A stretch of 64,000 nucleotides of DNA from Lysobacterales bacterium (GTDB lineage Bacteria > Pseudomonadota > Gammaproteobacteria > Xanthomonadales > Wenzhouxiangellaceae). Every line of letters starts with the position of its first letter. The first letter of the stretch is position 1. Below the pieces are notes generated by a model. It was not told where the DNA came from. It saw only the letters and a program-made list of their open reading frames with translations, and did no database searches. The translations under genes were made by a program, and so were the position numbers. Shown piece by piece: positions 22,373 to 33,661 of this stretch. The stretch spans positions 4,169 through 68,168 of the forward strand of contig JAKSCJ010000259.1 in assembly GCA_022360675.1 (NCBI GenBank), given 5' to 3'.

Positions 22373-23833
22373 ATGCACTCGGTATTGATCGGTCAAAGTG
22401 GTGAGCAGCGTCAATCGCTAGTGGCTCGATTTGCCAATCGCCATGGTTTAATTGCCGGTGCCACTGGTACGGGTAAAACCGTGACCTTGCAAGTGCTAGC
22501 AGAAGGTTTTTCACGGATTGGTGTGCCGGTGTTTGCGGCCGATGTGAAGGGCGATTTATCGGGCATTAGCCAGGCTGCTGAGGCGAAAGAAAAGTTAGTT
22601 CAGCGCGCCGCTAAAACCGGAATGTCGGGCTATGAACCCCAAGCTTGCCCCACGGTGCGCTGGGATGTGTTTGCCCGCCTGGGCCATCCATTAAGAACGA
22701 CCATTTCTGACATGGGCCCTTTATTACTGAGCCATTTGTTGGAGCTAAACGATACCCAAGAGGGCGTGTTGAATATCGCCTTTCGCTTGGCCGATGAACA
22801 AGGCTTGTTGTTACTCGATTTAAAAGATCTACGCGCCATGTTGCAGCATGTTAGCTCAGAAGCCAAAGTGCTCTCGCGCCAATATGGAAATGTGAGCCCA
22901 AACTCGGTGGCCGCCATTCAACGTCGTCTATTAGTTTTAGAGCAACAAGGGGCCGATCAATTTTTTGGTGAACCGGCGTTACAGCTCAATGACTTGATGC
23001 AAACCGATGCTAATGGGCATGGTTTGGTTCATTTATTAGCGGCCAATGAATTAATGCAACGACCCCGCTTGTACGCCACTTTATTGTTGTGGTTGTTGGC
23101 GGAGTTGTTTGAAGAACTTCCCGAGGTGGGCGATGCCGACAAGCCGCGCTTGGTGTTTTTCTTCGATGAAGCCCATCTCCTTTTTAATAACGCTTCAAAG
23201 GCTTTATTGAGTCAGGTGGAGCAGGTGGTGCGCTTGATTCGCTCTAAAGGTGTGGGCATTTATTTTGTTACTCAAAATCCTGCCGATGTGCCCGACACAG
23301 TGCTGGGGCAGTTGGGAAACCGAGTGCAACATGCTTTACGTGCCTTTACCCCGCGTGATCAAAAAGCGGTGCGCGCGGCGGCCCAAACCTTTAGGCCCAA
23401 TCCCGCACTGGGCACTGAGCAAGTAATTACCGAACTGGCTGTAGGCGAAGCCTTAGTTTCGGTGTTGGAAGCCAAAGGGGTGCCCAGTATGGTGCAACGC
23501 ACCTTAGTGCGGCCGCCGGAGTCACGCATTGGTCCTGCCACTATCGAGGAATGCACGCAGTTGCAAAAAGACAGCCCACTCGCGGGGCGTTACGATGAAG
23601 TATTGGACCGTGAATCGGCCTATGAAGTATTGCAGCAACGTGCCGCACAGCAAGCGCAAAATGAAGCAAGTTTAAAAGAACAAAAAACACAAGAAAAAGC
23701 GATAAAGAAAAGCTCTGGACGTAAAAAACAATCGGTGCTTGAAACGATGGTGAAAAGCATGGCACGAACTATCGGCACTCAGTTGGGCAGGCAATTACTG
23801 CGCGGCATTTTAGGTGCTTTAGTGAAGCGTTAA
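22373..23833 (+). CDS. HerA-like P-loop NTPase, DUF853 (YjgR-like)
   Basis: Walker A GATGTGKT near the N-terminus and Walker [13 protein letters not shown]. The overall length and Lys-rich C-terminal tail match E. coli YjgR. Confidence 0.85.
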   Translation: MHSVLIGQSGEQRQSLVARFANRHGLIAGATGTGKTVTLQVLAEGFSRIGVPVFAADVKGDLSGISQAAEAKEKLVQRAAKTGMSGYEPQACPTVRWDVFARLGHPLRTTISDMGPLLLSHLLELNDTQEGVLNIAFRLADEQGLLLLDLKDLRAMLQHVSSEAKVLSRQYGNVSPNSVAAIQRRLLVLEQQGADQFFGEPALQLNDLMQTDANGHGLVHLLAANELMQRPRLYATLLLWLLAELFEELPEVGDADKPRLVFFFDEAHLLFNNASKALLSQVEQVVRLIRSKGVGIYFVTQNPADVPDTVLGQLGNRVQHALRAFTPRDQKAVRAAAQTFRPNPALGTEQVITELAVGEALVSVLEAKGVPSMVQRTLVRPPESRIGPATIEECTQLQKDSPLAGRYDEVLDRESAYEVLQQRAAQQAQNEASLKEQKTQEKAIKKSSGRKKQSVLETMVKSMARTIGTQLGRQLLRGILGALVKR

Positions 23834-23910
23834 TTACCGACTTAGATATCGATTAACCCGTTGTGGGTGCATCGGTTGTGCTTTGTGATTAAAAAAAATC
23901 AGGCTATTTA

Positions 23911-23939
23911 AAACACCAGCACCGCGCTGGTGTTTTTTT
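23911..23939 (+). terminator. Rho-independent terminator
   Basis: AACACCAGC-accgc-GCTGGTGTTTTTTT. Confidence 0.85.
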
Positions 23940-24255
23940 ATGGGCGGAGTGACTCGTTTTGAATTCACAAATTACTGACATTTTGGGGGGCGTATTCTCA
24001 GGTTTTGAAAACCCACTTTGGCAAACTATAACGGTTCCGAAGAAATGGATGTGCTCGGAACTTACTGATGGGCAAAGCAATGAGGTAAAAGGAATTTAGT
24101 ATCCATTGATTTGTTTTTATTGTTAGTGATCTTTATTGATCGTTTGAATAAAAAATTTAACAGCAGCATTGTTGCTTTAGTGATGTTGATTTGATGATCT
24201 TAAACGCTTCATTGCAACGATGAAATACAGCTTAATTTGTAGGTGTTTGTGATTT

Positions 24256-25815
24256 ATGAGTACTCGTCTTTTTGATCGTATTAATGTTTTGAGTTTGGCT
24301 TTAATGACAGGTTTGATGTCGAGCGTTGTGCAAGCGCAAAGTCAATTTGCTTGGCAGCTAGAGCAAACAATCAACACCCAGGGCTTACCTGAGGCGGTGG
24401 ATATTGGTGATGTGAACGGCGACGGTTTGCTGGATGTGGTGGCGATTAATAACTCGTTTTCTGACTTACCGTTACGTAACCATGTATTGGTTTATTTACA
24501 GCAAGAAGATGGCAGCTTGGCTGAACCATTAGTGCATGAATATACCCAGCGTGATGGCAGTGCGAGAGGGTTAACCTTAAGTAACTTAGACGATGATGAT
24601 GCGATGGAAATTGCCACAGGATACTTTGGTGGCTTAACGCTTTTTGATGTTCAAGACGGTGCATTGTTTTCCCAATCAGTAAGCTCCAGCCGTGGTAATG
24701 GCGTTTTGGAGAGTTTGGATATCAATGATGATCAAATTATGGATTTGGTGGGATTGCATACTAATCGCTTGGTCACCTTCTACACCGGTGACGGAGCGCT
24801 CGGTGTCGATACGCAATTCGAGTTGGCAACGCCGAATGCAATGGGGACTCGAAATACTCTTAAAGTGGCTGACGTTAATCGAGACGGTTTGGATGATTTG
24901 GCAGTACTTAACGGAGGATCGAGCTTTGGTAGTAACCTAGCGATCTACCCGCAAGATGGTTTGGGTGGTTTTCAACTACCGCTCAATTTTGATTTAGGCG
25001 GCTTTGAAACTACCAGCAGTTTAGCTTTGGGAGACTTTAACAACGATGAGCGCACAGACGTGGTGCTGACTCGTTTTAGTAGTCAAAACAATCATTTTTG
25101 GTTGTATGAACAACATAGCTCGGGCCAGTTTTTAGCACCGCTTATGGTGCCAAGCGCTCGCCAAGCGCTAGTAGCCGAAGCTGGCGATCTTAATGGAGAC
25201 GGCCTGACCGACCTGGCATTGTTGCACGATGGTAGTAACGGGAGCTTTCTTGGTTTTCATTTGCAAACAGCTAATGGTTTTGGTGCAGAGCAGTTACTCG
25301 CCTTACCGCAGCCTGCGCAATACGAAGCTAATGCTTTGGCTTTAGGTGATATCAATAATGATGGTTGTGTTGATGCTGTAGTGGCTGATTTCAATCAAGG
25401 ATTATTATTGATTTCGGGTTCCGCTTGTCGCACAGAGGCGGATATGGCTGTGCAGTTGGTCAGACAAGGCGATTTAATTACCGCGGATTTGCTGCATCAA
25501 GTGGGCGACGACGTGGGGCAAGCTGAGTTGATGCTAAGCTTAAGTAGTCGTGGAACGGTTTCTGTAACGACTCCCGATGGTTGTTCTGCAAACCGCGTAA
25601 CACCCAATCATTACAGCGCGCGCTGCTTTGTGGGTGCGATGCAAGCCAATGAAAGTTTATCGTTTTTATTTCAGGTGAGTGCCGCCAGCGCGCTCAATAT
25701 CGATGCTTATGCAAGCAGTGAGTTGGATGATCCACAGCCTGAGAATAACCATGTCAATGTGGGGCCTGCTCGTCGACGGGCAGCAGTGCTTACCGGTGGA
25801 AACGATGGCGGCTAA
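24256..25815 (+). CDS. Secreted FG-GAP/VCBS-repeat beta-propeller protein with a DUF11-like C-terminal domain
   Basis: Signal peptide (LALMTGLMSSVVQAQS). At least five Ca-binding-type loops: DVNGDGLLDVV, DVNRDGLDDLAV, DFNNDERTDVV, DLNGDGLTDLA, DINNDGCVDAV. The C-terminal beta-domain ends with ...PENNHVNV. Confidence 0.8.
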   Translation: MSTRLFDRINVLSLALMTGLMSSVVQAQSQFAWQLEQTINTQGLPEAVDIGDVNGDGLLDVVAINNSFSDLPLRNHVLVYLQQEDGSLAEPLVHEYTQRDGSARGLTLSNLDDDDAMEIATGYFGGLTLFDVQDGALFSQSVSSSRGNGVLESLDINDDQIMDLVGLHTNRLVTFYTGDGALGVDTQFELATPNAMGTRNTLKVADVNRDGLDDLAVLNGGSSFGSNLAIYPQDGLGGFQLPLNFDLGGFETTSSLALGDFNNDERTDVVLTRFSSQNNHFWLYEQHSSGQFLAPLMVPSARQALVAEAGDLNGDGLTDLALLHDGSNGSFLGFHLQTANGFGAEQLLALPQPAQYEANALALGDINNDGCVDAVVADFNQGLLLISGSACRTEADMAVQLVRQGDLITADLLHQVGDDVGQAELMLSLSSRGTVSVTTPDGCSANRVTPNHYSARCFVGAMQANESLSFLFQVSAASALNIDAYASSELDDPQPENNHVNVGPARRRAAVLTGGNDGG

Positions 25816-25957
25816 TGTTATGCTGTAAGCGACACCATAGATTCACTCGAGTTGCTTGCCTGGATTGTTGAGTGAATTAATCTTTGATTTTGCGGTCTTA
25901 ATTCATGGATGTGAGAACAGGTTCTTAAATACCTGTTTACAAGGAGGTCGATTCACT

Positions 25958-26029
25958 AAAGATGGTCTGTATTCAGGGTCACAGGTCCATCTTTTTTTAG
26001 AGCCCGCCTTGCTGCGGGCTCTTTCTATT
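25958..26029 (+). terminator. Two consecutive terminator hairpins
   Basis: AAAGATGG...CCATCTTTTTTT, then AGAGCCCGC-cttgct-GCGGGCTCTTTCT. Confidence 0.6.
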
Positions 26030-26148
26030 GGCCATGCGGGCCGCTCATAAGCCTGCTATAAAATATTGATGTCTCTATAAAAGCTTACTTTATAGAAACT
26101 TACTTTTTCTGAGTTATTCAACTTCTGGAATGCTTAGCCTGCGCATAG

Positions 26149-27090
26149 CTAAGCGGCGTTGCTGCTGTTGCTTTGTAAGTGCTGGTGTAAACGTTGGCTG
26201 AGTTCGTGGCGTAATGATTCGTCTTCCATGGCCACATCTAAGGTGGCCTGTACAAATCCAGCTTTGCTCCCGCAATCGTAGCGTTGTCCACGAAACGCTA
26301 AGGCATACACCGGTTCATGTTTAAGTAATTGAGCGATGGCATCGGTCAATTGAATTTCACCACGATGATCGGCTGGTTGTCGCGCTAAGTAATGGAAAAT
26401 CTTGGGCGATAATAAATAACGCCCCACCACACCCAAGCGCGAAGGTGCGTCGGTGGTGGCGGGTTTTTCTACAATGCCGTTGAGTCGCATTAAATTCATT
26501 GGCAGCTCTTGATCGGCCGACTCGCTCACTGAAACCACACCGTAGCGTTCGCAGTCTTCATCGCTAATGGGTTCCACGGCAATAATGCTGGCCCCGGTGA
26601 GCCGGTGGGCTTCAATGAGTTGGTGCAAGCAACCTTGACCTGCGCGATCCAAGATTAAATCGTCGGCCAGCAATACGGTGAAAAACTCATCGCCAACAGC
26701 GGGCTCGGCGCACAAAACGGCGTGGCCTAAACCCAGTGCTTCGCCTTGAGGAATGTAAAGACGGCTGACTTCCTTGGGCAGCGTTTGCCGACAGCGCTTG
26801 AGGAGTTCTTCTTTGCCGCCACGCTCTAAGCGGGTTTCCAGCTCAAAAGCCACATCGAAGTGATCGCTAATGGTGTGTTTCATGCGACTGGTGATGAAAA
26901 TCAGCGATTCCACGTGCGCTTGCACTGCCTCTTCGGCGGCGTACTGAATCAGTGGTTTATCCACTACTGGTAGCATTTCTTTGGGGGTGGATTTGGTGGC
27001 CGGTAGAAAACGGGTACCTAAACCCGCCACCGGGAAGACGGCCTTGCTAACGGCCTTGTTGTCGGGATCGCTGGGTTTGGAGTGCGTCAT
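26149..27090 (-). CDS. galU: UTP--glucose-1-phosphate uridylyltransferase
   Basis: ATG 27090. Motifs VFPVAGLGTRFLPATKSTPKEMLPVVDKPLIQY and GVVGRYLL. The longer ORF-track start is rejected. Confidence 0.93.
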   Translation of the reverse strand: MTHSKPSDPDNKAVSKAVFPVAGLGTRFLPATKSTPKEMLPVVDKPLIQYAAEEAVQAHVESLIFITSRMKHTISDHFDVAFELETRLERGGKEELLKRCRQTLPKEVSRLYIPQGEALGLGHAVLCAEPAVGDEFFTVLLADDLILDRAGQGCLHQLIEAHRLTGASIIAVEPISDEDCERYGVVSVSESADQELPMNLMRLNGIVEKPATTDAPSRLGVVGRYLLSPKIFHYLARQPADHRGEIQLTDAIAQLLKHEPVYALAFRGQRYDCGSKAGFVQATLDVAMEDESLRHELSQRLHQHLQSNSSNAA

Positions 27091-27544
27091 GGTGCCGCCT
27101 GTGTGGGTGGTCGATGAGAATCTGAGCGTTATCTTCAAAACGGAACCAGCCATAACGGAACCAATAACGCCGTGGGCTAACAGCAAGCGGCCAAGGGCAA
27201 GGTGCACAGGGGCATGCTTCCTTGCAGCCTAGAACAAGCAAATGACAGCGCGATGGCGTGACGATGACAAACTAATGTCAGTGCAAATTTTTACCAACCG
27301 AATCGATGGCCGAAGCTAGAGCTGTGATTGCGCTCGGTGGCTGCCGCAGATTGTGGCTTTGCGTTATCATGGGACGCCGTATATTGATCGTCGGTCCTCA
27401 CTGCACCCAAGCTGGTGGTGCTTTGTCGATTAACTCCGGATCTGTGCCGGAGCGAGGGCCGATTTCATTCCTTTATAGATACCGAAACCGCATTCTTCCC
27501 GGTAAAGAATGGTGGTGGCGGAATCATTGCCAAGAAGTAGAGCC

Positions 27545-28711
27545 ATGCAGTCAGATTCTTCCTCTTTTGACCCTGTGTCGATGGCAGCGCCCGGAGTTCG
27601 CGGCCTGCACCCGTATATTCCTGGTAAGCCCATCAGCGAGCTGGAACGTGAGCTGGGTATTAGCGATGTGTTGAAGCTGGCTTCCAATGAAAATCCGCTG
27701 GGTACCAGCCCAAAAGCCTTGGCAGCGATTCAACAAGAACTGCAAGAACTGGCCCTATATCCCGATGGTAGTGGCCACGATCTAAAAGCAATTTTGGCCC
27801 AGCGCCACGGTGTGGATCCCGCTTGCATCACTTTGGGCAATGGCTCCAACGATGTGTTGGTGTTGTTGGCTGAAGCTTTTTTAACACCCGAACATGGCGC
27901 GGTGTTTTCGCAATACTGCTTCGCGGTGTATCCCATTGCGACTCAGGCCGTAGGTGCTATTGCCCAAGAAGTCCCCGCGTTGCCGGACGATCATGGGGAA
28001 ATGCCTTTGGGCCACGATCTCAAAGCCATCTCCGAGCGTATCGACAACAGCACGCGTTTGGTTTTCATCGCGAATCCGAATAATCCTACAGGCACTTGGC
28101 TTGACTCAGCTGAGCTGGAAGCCTTTGTCGCCAATGCGCCCAAGCATGTGTTGGTGGTGATCGACGAGGCGTATTTTGAATATCAAGATCCCGAACATGT
28201 GGTGGATGCCAGCGCTTGGGTGAATAAATACCCAAATCTCATCGTGAGCCGTACTTTCTCCAAAGCTTATGGCTTAGCCGGTTTACGCGTGGGTTATTTG
28301 TTATCCAGCCCCGAGGTGGCCGATTTGGTAAACCGCGTGCGTCAGCCCTTCAATGTGAATAGCTTGGCCTTGGCGGCGGCCAGTGCGGCTTTAGGTGATG
28401 ATGACTTTATCCAAAACTCGCGCGAGTTAAATCGCAGTGGTTTGCAGCGTTTAAACCAAGCACTGCCTGAATTGGGTTTTCGTGTGTATCCCTCGGCCGG
28501 GAATTTTGTGTTGGTGGATATGGGTAGCGATTCTGGCCCTTGGTATGAAGCCTTGCTGCGCGACGGCATTATCACCCGCCGTGTAGGTAATTATGGTTTA
28601 CCCAACCATTTGCGCATCACCATCGGAACCGAACAACAAATGGATCGGCTTTTAGCCTCGGTTGAGCGTTTGCGCGATGAACTGGGTACGGCCCAGCAGG
28701 CGGGCGCATGA
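27545..28711 (+). CDS. hisC: Histidinol-phosphate/aromatic aminotransferase
   Basis: ATG 27545. Motifs LASNENPLGTSP and TFSKAYGLAGLRVGY (PLP lysine). Conserved position before aroA-cmk-rpsA. Confidence 0.9.
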   Translation: MQSDSSSFDPVSMAAPGVRGLHPYIPGKPISELERELGISDVLKLASNENPLGTSPKALAAIQQELQELALYPDGSGHDLKAILAQRHGVDPACITLGNGSNDVLVLLAEAFLTPEHGAVFSQYCFAVYPIATQAVGAIAQEVPALPDDHGEMPLGHDLKAISERIDNSTRLVFIANPNNPTGTWLDSAELEAFVANAPKHVLVVIDEAYFEYQDPEHVVDASAWVNKYPNLIVSRTFSKAYGLAGLRVGYLLSSPEVADLVNRVRQPFNVNSLALAAASAALGDDDFIQNSRELNRSGLQRLNQALPELGFRVYPSAGNFVLVDMGSDSGPWYEALLRDGIITRRVGNYGLPNHLRITIGTEQQMDRLLASVERLRDELGTAQQAGA

Positions 28712-30039
28712 GCCTACGCTCCTTGCCCATTCACCACGCGTTAAAAGGTGAGATCACACCACCTGGGGATAAATCGATTTCGCATCGCTCGGTGATGTTT
28801 GGTGCTATTGCCGAGGGTGAAACCTATGTTCACCGTTGGCTCGATGCTGCCGACACCCGCGCCACCTTGAATGCTTGTCGTGCTTTAGGCGCGCAAATCG
28901 AAACTCTGGATGTGAACGGCGGCACCGATTTACGTATACAAGGCGTGGGCATGCAGGGCTTACAGCCCAGCGCGGAGTTTACGGCTAAAGGCGAACCTTT
29001 AGATCTGGGTAATTCAGGTACGGGCGTTCGTTTATTGATGGGTTTGTTGGCGGCATTGCCATTCACCAGCCGCTTGAGTGGCGATCACTCTTTATGCGCC
29101 CGTCCTATGGGGCGGGTGATTCGTCCGCTGGAGCAAATGGGTGCCGAGTTGGAATCTAATGATGGGCGCTTACCGGTGACGGTGCACGGCAAGTCGTTGT
29201 CGGCGATTCACTACGAATCGCCCATTGCCAGTGCTCAGGTGAAATCGGCGGTGTTACTGGCAGGTTTAAACGCGGCAGGCACCACTAAGGTGAGCGAGCC
29301 GGCTTTGAGTCGTGATCACACCGAGCGCATGCTGCAAGATTTCGGTGTGCATATAAAGCGCGATGGTTTAACCGTGGCCGTTGAAGGTGGGCAATCGCTG
29401 CGCGCCTGTGAATTGACGGTGCCCGCTGATATTTCTTCGGCTGCCTTTTTCATGGTGGCGGCTTCGGTGGTTCCGGGCTCCGAGATCACCATTCGCAATG
29501 TGGGTTTGAATCAAACCCGGCGTGGCTTACTCGATGTGCTGCAATTAATGGGCGCCGATATCGAGGTGAATACCGTAGGCCAGGGCGCTGAACCCATTGC
29601 TGATCTCACCGTGCGTCATCGCCAGCTGCGTGGTATCGATGTGCCACCCGAGCTGGTGGTCAGTATGATCGACGAATTCCCCATCTTAATGGTGGCCGCA
29701 GCGCTGGCCGAGGGGCGCACGCGTATTAGTGGCGCGGAAGAATTGCGGGTTAAAGAAAGCGACCGCTTGGCGGTGATGTGTAAAGGTTTAAGCGCCTTGG
29801 GCGTTACCTTGGAAGAAACTCCCGATGGTGCCATTATTCAAGGCGTTGCGGGTCAGCGCGTGATTCGTGGGGGCGCGGTGGAAGCGGCTGACGATCACCG
29901 TTGTGCCATGAGCTTTGCTGTGTTGGCCACCTGTGCCCAAGCGCCCATCGAGATTGCAGGTAGCGAGTTTATCGCCACTTCGTATCCAGCCTTCCAGAGC
30001 CATTTCTGTGCTCTGGGTGGGCAATTGGAGTCTTTATGA
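28708..30039 (+). CDS. aroA: 3-phosphoshikimate 1-carboxyvinyltransferase (EPSP synthase), without a fused prephenate dehydrogenase domain
   Basis: PGDKSISHRSVMFGAIAEG, LGNSGTGVRLLMG and RVKESDRL. The start overlaps the hisC stop. Confidence 0.95.
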   Translation: MSLRSLPIHHALKGEITPPGDKSISHRSVMFGAIAEGETYVHRWLDAADTRATLNACRALGAQIETLDVNGGTDLRIQGVGMQGLQPSAEFTAKGEPLDLGNSGTGVRLLMGLLAALPFTSRLSGDHSLCARPMGRVIRPLEQMGAELESNDGRLPVTVHGKSLSAIHYESPIASAQVKSAVLLAGLNAAGTTKVSEPALSRDHTERMLQDFGVHIKRDGLTVAVEGGQSLRACELTVPADISSAAFFMVAASVVPGSEITIRNVGLNQTRRGLLDVLQLMGADIEVNTVGQGAEPIADLTVRHRQLRGIDVPPELVVSMIDEFPILMVAAALAEGRTRISGAEELRVKESDRLAVMCKGLSALGVTLEETPDGAIIQGVAGQRVIRGGAVEAADDHRCAMSFAVLATCAQAPIEIAGSEFIATSYPAFQSHFCALGGQLESL

Positions 30040-30761
30040 TGAATACAACAACAGCGGGTCAGGAAACCGCGTCGGCCTCTGTGCCATTAATTACTGTGGA
30101 TGGCCCTAGCGGCTCTGGCAAAGGTTTATTAAGCGCCAAATTGGCGCGCCATACCGGCTGGCAAGTACTCGATAGCGGTGCGCTGTATCGGCTGGTGGCC
30201 TTAAGCGCTCTGCAAGCGGAGTTATCGTTGGACGACGAAGCAGGCCTAGAGCGCATTAGCCTCAATTTAGATGCTAGTTTTAGCCCGGGCGACGATGGTA
30301 TCGATGTTTGCCTGCATGGCGAGCCGGTGGCGCAAAAGCTGCGTCATGAAGATGTCGGTGCTATGGCTTCCAAGGTGGCTGCGATGGGTGTTGTGCGCGC
30401 CGCATTATTGCAGCGCCAGCGCGATTACTGGCAACTGCCGGGCTTAATTGCCGATGGTCGTGATATGGGCACCGTGGTGTTTCCCCAGGCCAAATTGAAG
30501 GTTTTCCTCACCGCCAGCGCCGAAGAAAGAGCGCGCCGTCGCTATAATCAGTTGATGGCTAAAGGGGAAAATGTTAATTTTAGTGGTCTACTGCGGGAGA
30601 TTGAGGCTCGTGATGAGCGCGATCAAAACCGTGCTTTAGCGCCTCTAAAGCCTGCAGACGATGCGATTTTGATCGACTCAACGGCTAATAGTCCCGAGCA
30701 GGTTTTTGCTCAGGTTTGTCAGTTACTGGTTGAAAAACAACTGTTTACAGAAAACGTTTAG
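30036..30761 (+). CDS. cmk: Cytidylate kinase
   Basis: ITVDGPSGSGKG, DSGALYR and DGRDMGTVVFP. ATGA overlap with aroA. Confidence 0.95.
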   Translation: MMNTTTAGQETASASVPLITVDGPSGSGKGLLSAKLARHTGWQVLDSGALYRLVALSALQAELSLDDEAGLERISLNLDASFSPGDDGIDVCLHGEPVAQKLRHEDVGAMASKVAAMGVVRAALLQRQRDYWQLPGLIADGRDMGTVVFPQAKLKVFLTASAEERARRRYNQLMAKGENVNFSGLLREIEARDERDQNRALAPLKPADDAILIDSTANSPEQVFAQVCQLLVEKQLFTENV

Positions 30762-30876
30762 GCTAAAGCGCAGGGCATTGGTGGTGCGGGTTTTTTATTT
30801 CGCCACACCAAAAATGCAGTTACGCAACGCCGCCGATCCGATCAAATCGATAGGTACAAATAAAGGATTTTGCTTT

Positions 30877-30897
30877 GAGGCCGCTAGCGGCCTTTTG
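30877..30897 (+). terminator. Palindrome plus T-run after cmk (weak terminator)
   Basis: GAGGCCGCTAGCGGCCTTTTGG. The usable stem is about 5-6 bp. Confidence 0.45.
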
Positions 30898-31275
30898 GCG
30901 CATCCTGAAAATTTTTTTAAATTTTTGTACCCAAACATATTTTTTTAAAGCATAAACTGCCCATCACCTGTTTTGGTGGTGTGGTGTTCTTTGCTTTTTT
31001 AATTGGCTTGGAAACCGGTGGCCGATCAAGCGATCGATCACCTGAATCTCCTCATGCGTTAAAAATGCCTTGTCAATTAATGTTGTACGCAACCATTGAT
31101 CTTCATCGATTAGGGGGCGCAATGTTATTGAGTGGTGTTGATTGCAATGAGTTCCAGGCTGTTGGCGTCGTTTCTCCGTTGGTGTGGGAAACGGTACTTT
31201 TTTTACTAACATTTGCCGGCTCTTTGGGCTGGTTAATTACTGGGTGGGAGCGCTAATACAGCTCCTGGGTAACGA

Positions 31276-32952
31276 ATGACTGAAAGCTTTGCTGAACTCT
31301 TTGAACAATCCATCGCGGCTAAAGGCCTGCAACCGGGCGCTATTGTTACCGGTCGGGTTATGGAAATCCGCGATGATGCCATCGTTGTTAACGCCGGTCT
31401 GAAAACCGAAGGCATTGTTCCGATCCAACAATTCATGAACTCTGATGGAGAGTTGGAAGTTGAACTGAACGACGAAGTCGAATTAGCGCTGGACGCAGTG
31501 GAAGACGGTTACGGTGAAACCCGTCTGTCACGCGAAAAAGCGAAACGTGCTCGCGTTTGGGATCACCTGGAAAGTGCCCACGAGGAAGAAGCCACAGTTA
31601 CCGGTAAAATCAGCGGTAAGGTCAAAGGTGGTTTCACTGTCGATATCGATGGCATCCGTGCCTTCCTGCCAGGTTCTCTGGTGGATATTCGCCCGGTACG
31701 CGACCCCGCATACCTGGAAGGCAAAGATCTGGAATTCAAGATCATCAAACTGGATCGCCGCCGCAACAACTTAGTGGTTTCACGCCGCGCTGTGGTTGAG
31801 TCTGAGTACAGTGCAGAGCGCGAAGCGCTGCTGGAACGCTTGCAAGAAGGTGCCATCGTCAAAGGTGTGGTCAAAAACCTCACCGACTACGGTGCGTTCT
31901 TGGATCTGGGCGGTATCGATGGCCTGCTGCACATCACCGACATGGCGTGGAAACGTGTTCGCCATCCGTCTGAAGTGGTTGAAGTGGGCAATGAGCTGGA
32001 AGTTCGCGTACTGCGCTTCGACCGCGAACGCAACCGCGTATCGCTGGGTCTGAAACAACTGGGTGAAGATCCGTGGCAAGATCTGGCGCGTCGTTATCCG
32101 CCCACCGCTCGTGTATTCGGTAAAGTTACCAACATCACCGATTACGGTTGCTTCGTTGAAATCGAAGACGGCGTTGAAGGTCTGGTTCACGTTTCTGAAA
32201 TGGATTGGACCAATAAGAACGTTAACCCGTCTAAAGTGGTTCACACCGGTGACGAAGTTGAAGTTATGGTGTTGGATGTGGACGAAGAACGTCGCCGCAT
32301 CTCACTGGGCATGAAGCAATGCACCCCGAATCCTTGGGAAGCATTTGCGGCCACCCACAGCAAGAACGATCGTGTTCGTGGCGTGATCAAGTCCATCACC
32401 GACTTCGGTATCTTTGTTGGTCTGGAAGGTGGTATCGACGGTCTGGTTCACTTGTCTGACATCTCTTGGATGCTGCCTGGTGAAGAAGCCGTTCGTAACT
32501 TCCGCAAAGGCGAAGAAGTCGAAGCCATGGTATTGGCTGTTGACCCCGAGCGTGAGCGTATTTCTCTGGGTATCAAGCAACTGGAACAAGATCCGTTTGC
32601 CACCTTCATGGCGAACTACCCACGTGGTTCTGTGGTTGAAGGTACGATTAAAGAAGTGGACGCTAAAGGTGCCGTTATTGAACTGGCCGATGGCGTTGAG
32701 GGCTACCTGAAAGCTTCTGAAATTGCCAAAGAGAAAGTGGACGACGCCACTAAAGTTCTGACCGCAGGCGAGAAGATCGAAGCTAAGTTCACCAACTTGG
32801 ATCGTAAGAACCGCGTTCTGAATCTGTCGATCCGCGCCCGTGAGGACGACGAGCTGGCAGAAGCGATCGAAGAATACCAAGGCGGTACCACCACCAGTAA
32901 TGGTGCCACCACCTTGGGTGATCTGCTGCGCGAGCAAATGGACAAAAATTAA
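31276..32952 (+). CDS. rpsA: 30S ribosomal protein S1
   Basis: [12 protein letters not shown] followed by six S1 repeats (e.g. [26 protein letters not shown]). Confidence 0.98.
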   Translation: MTESFAELFEQSIAAKGLQPGAIVTGRVMEIRDDAIVVNAGLKTEGIVPIQQFMNSDGELEVELNDEVELALDAVEDGYGETRLSREKAKRARVWDHLESAHEEEATVTGKISGKVKGGFTVDIDGIRAFLPGSLVDIRPVRDPAYLEGKDLEFKIIKLDRRRNNLVVSRRAVVESEYSAEREALLERLQEGAIVKGVVKNLTDYGAFLDLGGIDGLLHITDMAWKRVRHPSEVVEVGNELEVRVLRFDRERNRVSLGLKQLGEDPWQDLARRYPPTARVFGKVTNITDYGCFVEIEDGVEGLVHVSEMDWTNKNVNPSKVVHTGDEVEVMVLDVDEERRRISLGMKQCTPNPWEAFAATHSKNDRVRGVIKSITDFGIFVGLEGGIDGLVHLSDISWMLPGEEAVRNFRKGEEVEAMVLAVDPERERISLGIKQLEQDPFATFMANYPRGSVVEGTIKEVDAKGAVIELADGVEGYLKASEIAKEKVDDATKVLTAGEKIEAKFTNLDRKNRVLNLSIRAREDDELAEAIEEYQGGTTTSNGATTLGDLLREQMDKN

Positions 32953-33028
32953 TTTGTCTTAAAGTCGGCTGAGGCACAGCCTCAGTCGTCGCCGTTGCAA
33001 TTTGCGCGGCGATGATGACTTAAAAAAT

Positions 33029-33065
33029 AAAACCACCGGCCTTTAGGGGTCGGTGGTTTTATTTT
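33029..33065 (+). terminator. Rho-independent terminator after rpsA
   Basis: AAAACCACCG-(12 nt)-CGGTGGTTTTATTTT. Confidence 0.85.
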
Positions 33066-33370
33066 GGCTGTAGCTTTTGCCTATCACCTTATTCTGGCCC
33101 TATTGGAAAAAGGTGCTGAAAAACAGGGGAAAGTGTGCACATAACTAATCGGCATGAACTATTCCTTACAATAATCAACAATTTACTAGCATTAATACTT
33201 GCCTTACGCGGTGTTTACGGCGACACTTATGTAGGGTTTCGGGGCTTGTGTATCCGGCTGCCCCAACCTTAGGCGAGTGAAGAAGGCAGCGTTCATTCTT
33301 GCTGTCTGACAACAACAATTCCGCCACCAGATGATGCCTGGTAGCGGTGACAATCAAGGAATGGTGGGCC

Positions 33371-33658
33371 ATGACAAAATCAGAGCTAATCGAGCGCCTG
33401 TCAGCGTATCAACCACATTTGGATCAAGCCGATGTGGAACTGGCAGTGAAAACTATTATCGAACGTATGACTCGTTCGCTTTCCACAGGCGATCGTATCG
33501 AGATTCGCGGCTTTGGCAGCTTCTGTCTGCATTTCCGCGAACCCCGTATCGGTCGTAATCCACGCTCTGGTGAGTCGGTGGCATTGCCCGGAAAGTATGT
33601 TCCCCATTTCAAACCCGGCAAAGCACTACGCGAACGGGTGAATAACTCTGGAGAGTAA
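33371..33658 (+). CDS. ihfB: Integration host factor beta subunit
   Basis: ATG 33371 gives [11 protein letters not shown]...[43 protein letters not shown]. Confidence 0.96.
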   Translation: MTKSELIERLSAYQPHLDQADVELAVKTIIERMTRSLSTGDRIEIRGFGSFCLHFREPRIGRNPRSGESVALPGKYVPHFKPGKALRERVNNSGE

Positions 33659-33661
33659 ACC

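Noticed and set aside
25856-26050. 64-aa ORF downstream of the FG-GAP gene
   Set aside because: It spans two terminator hairpins and has no SD. It is more simply explained as terminator-containing intergenic DNA.
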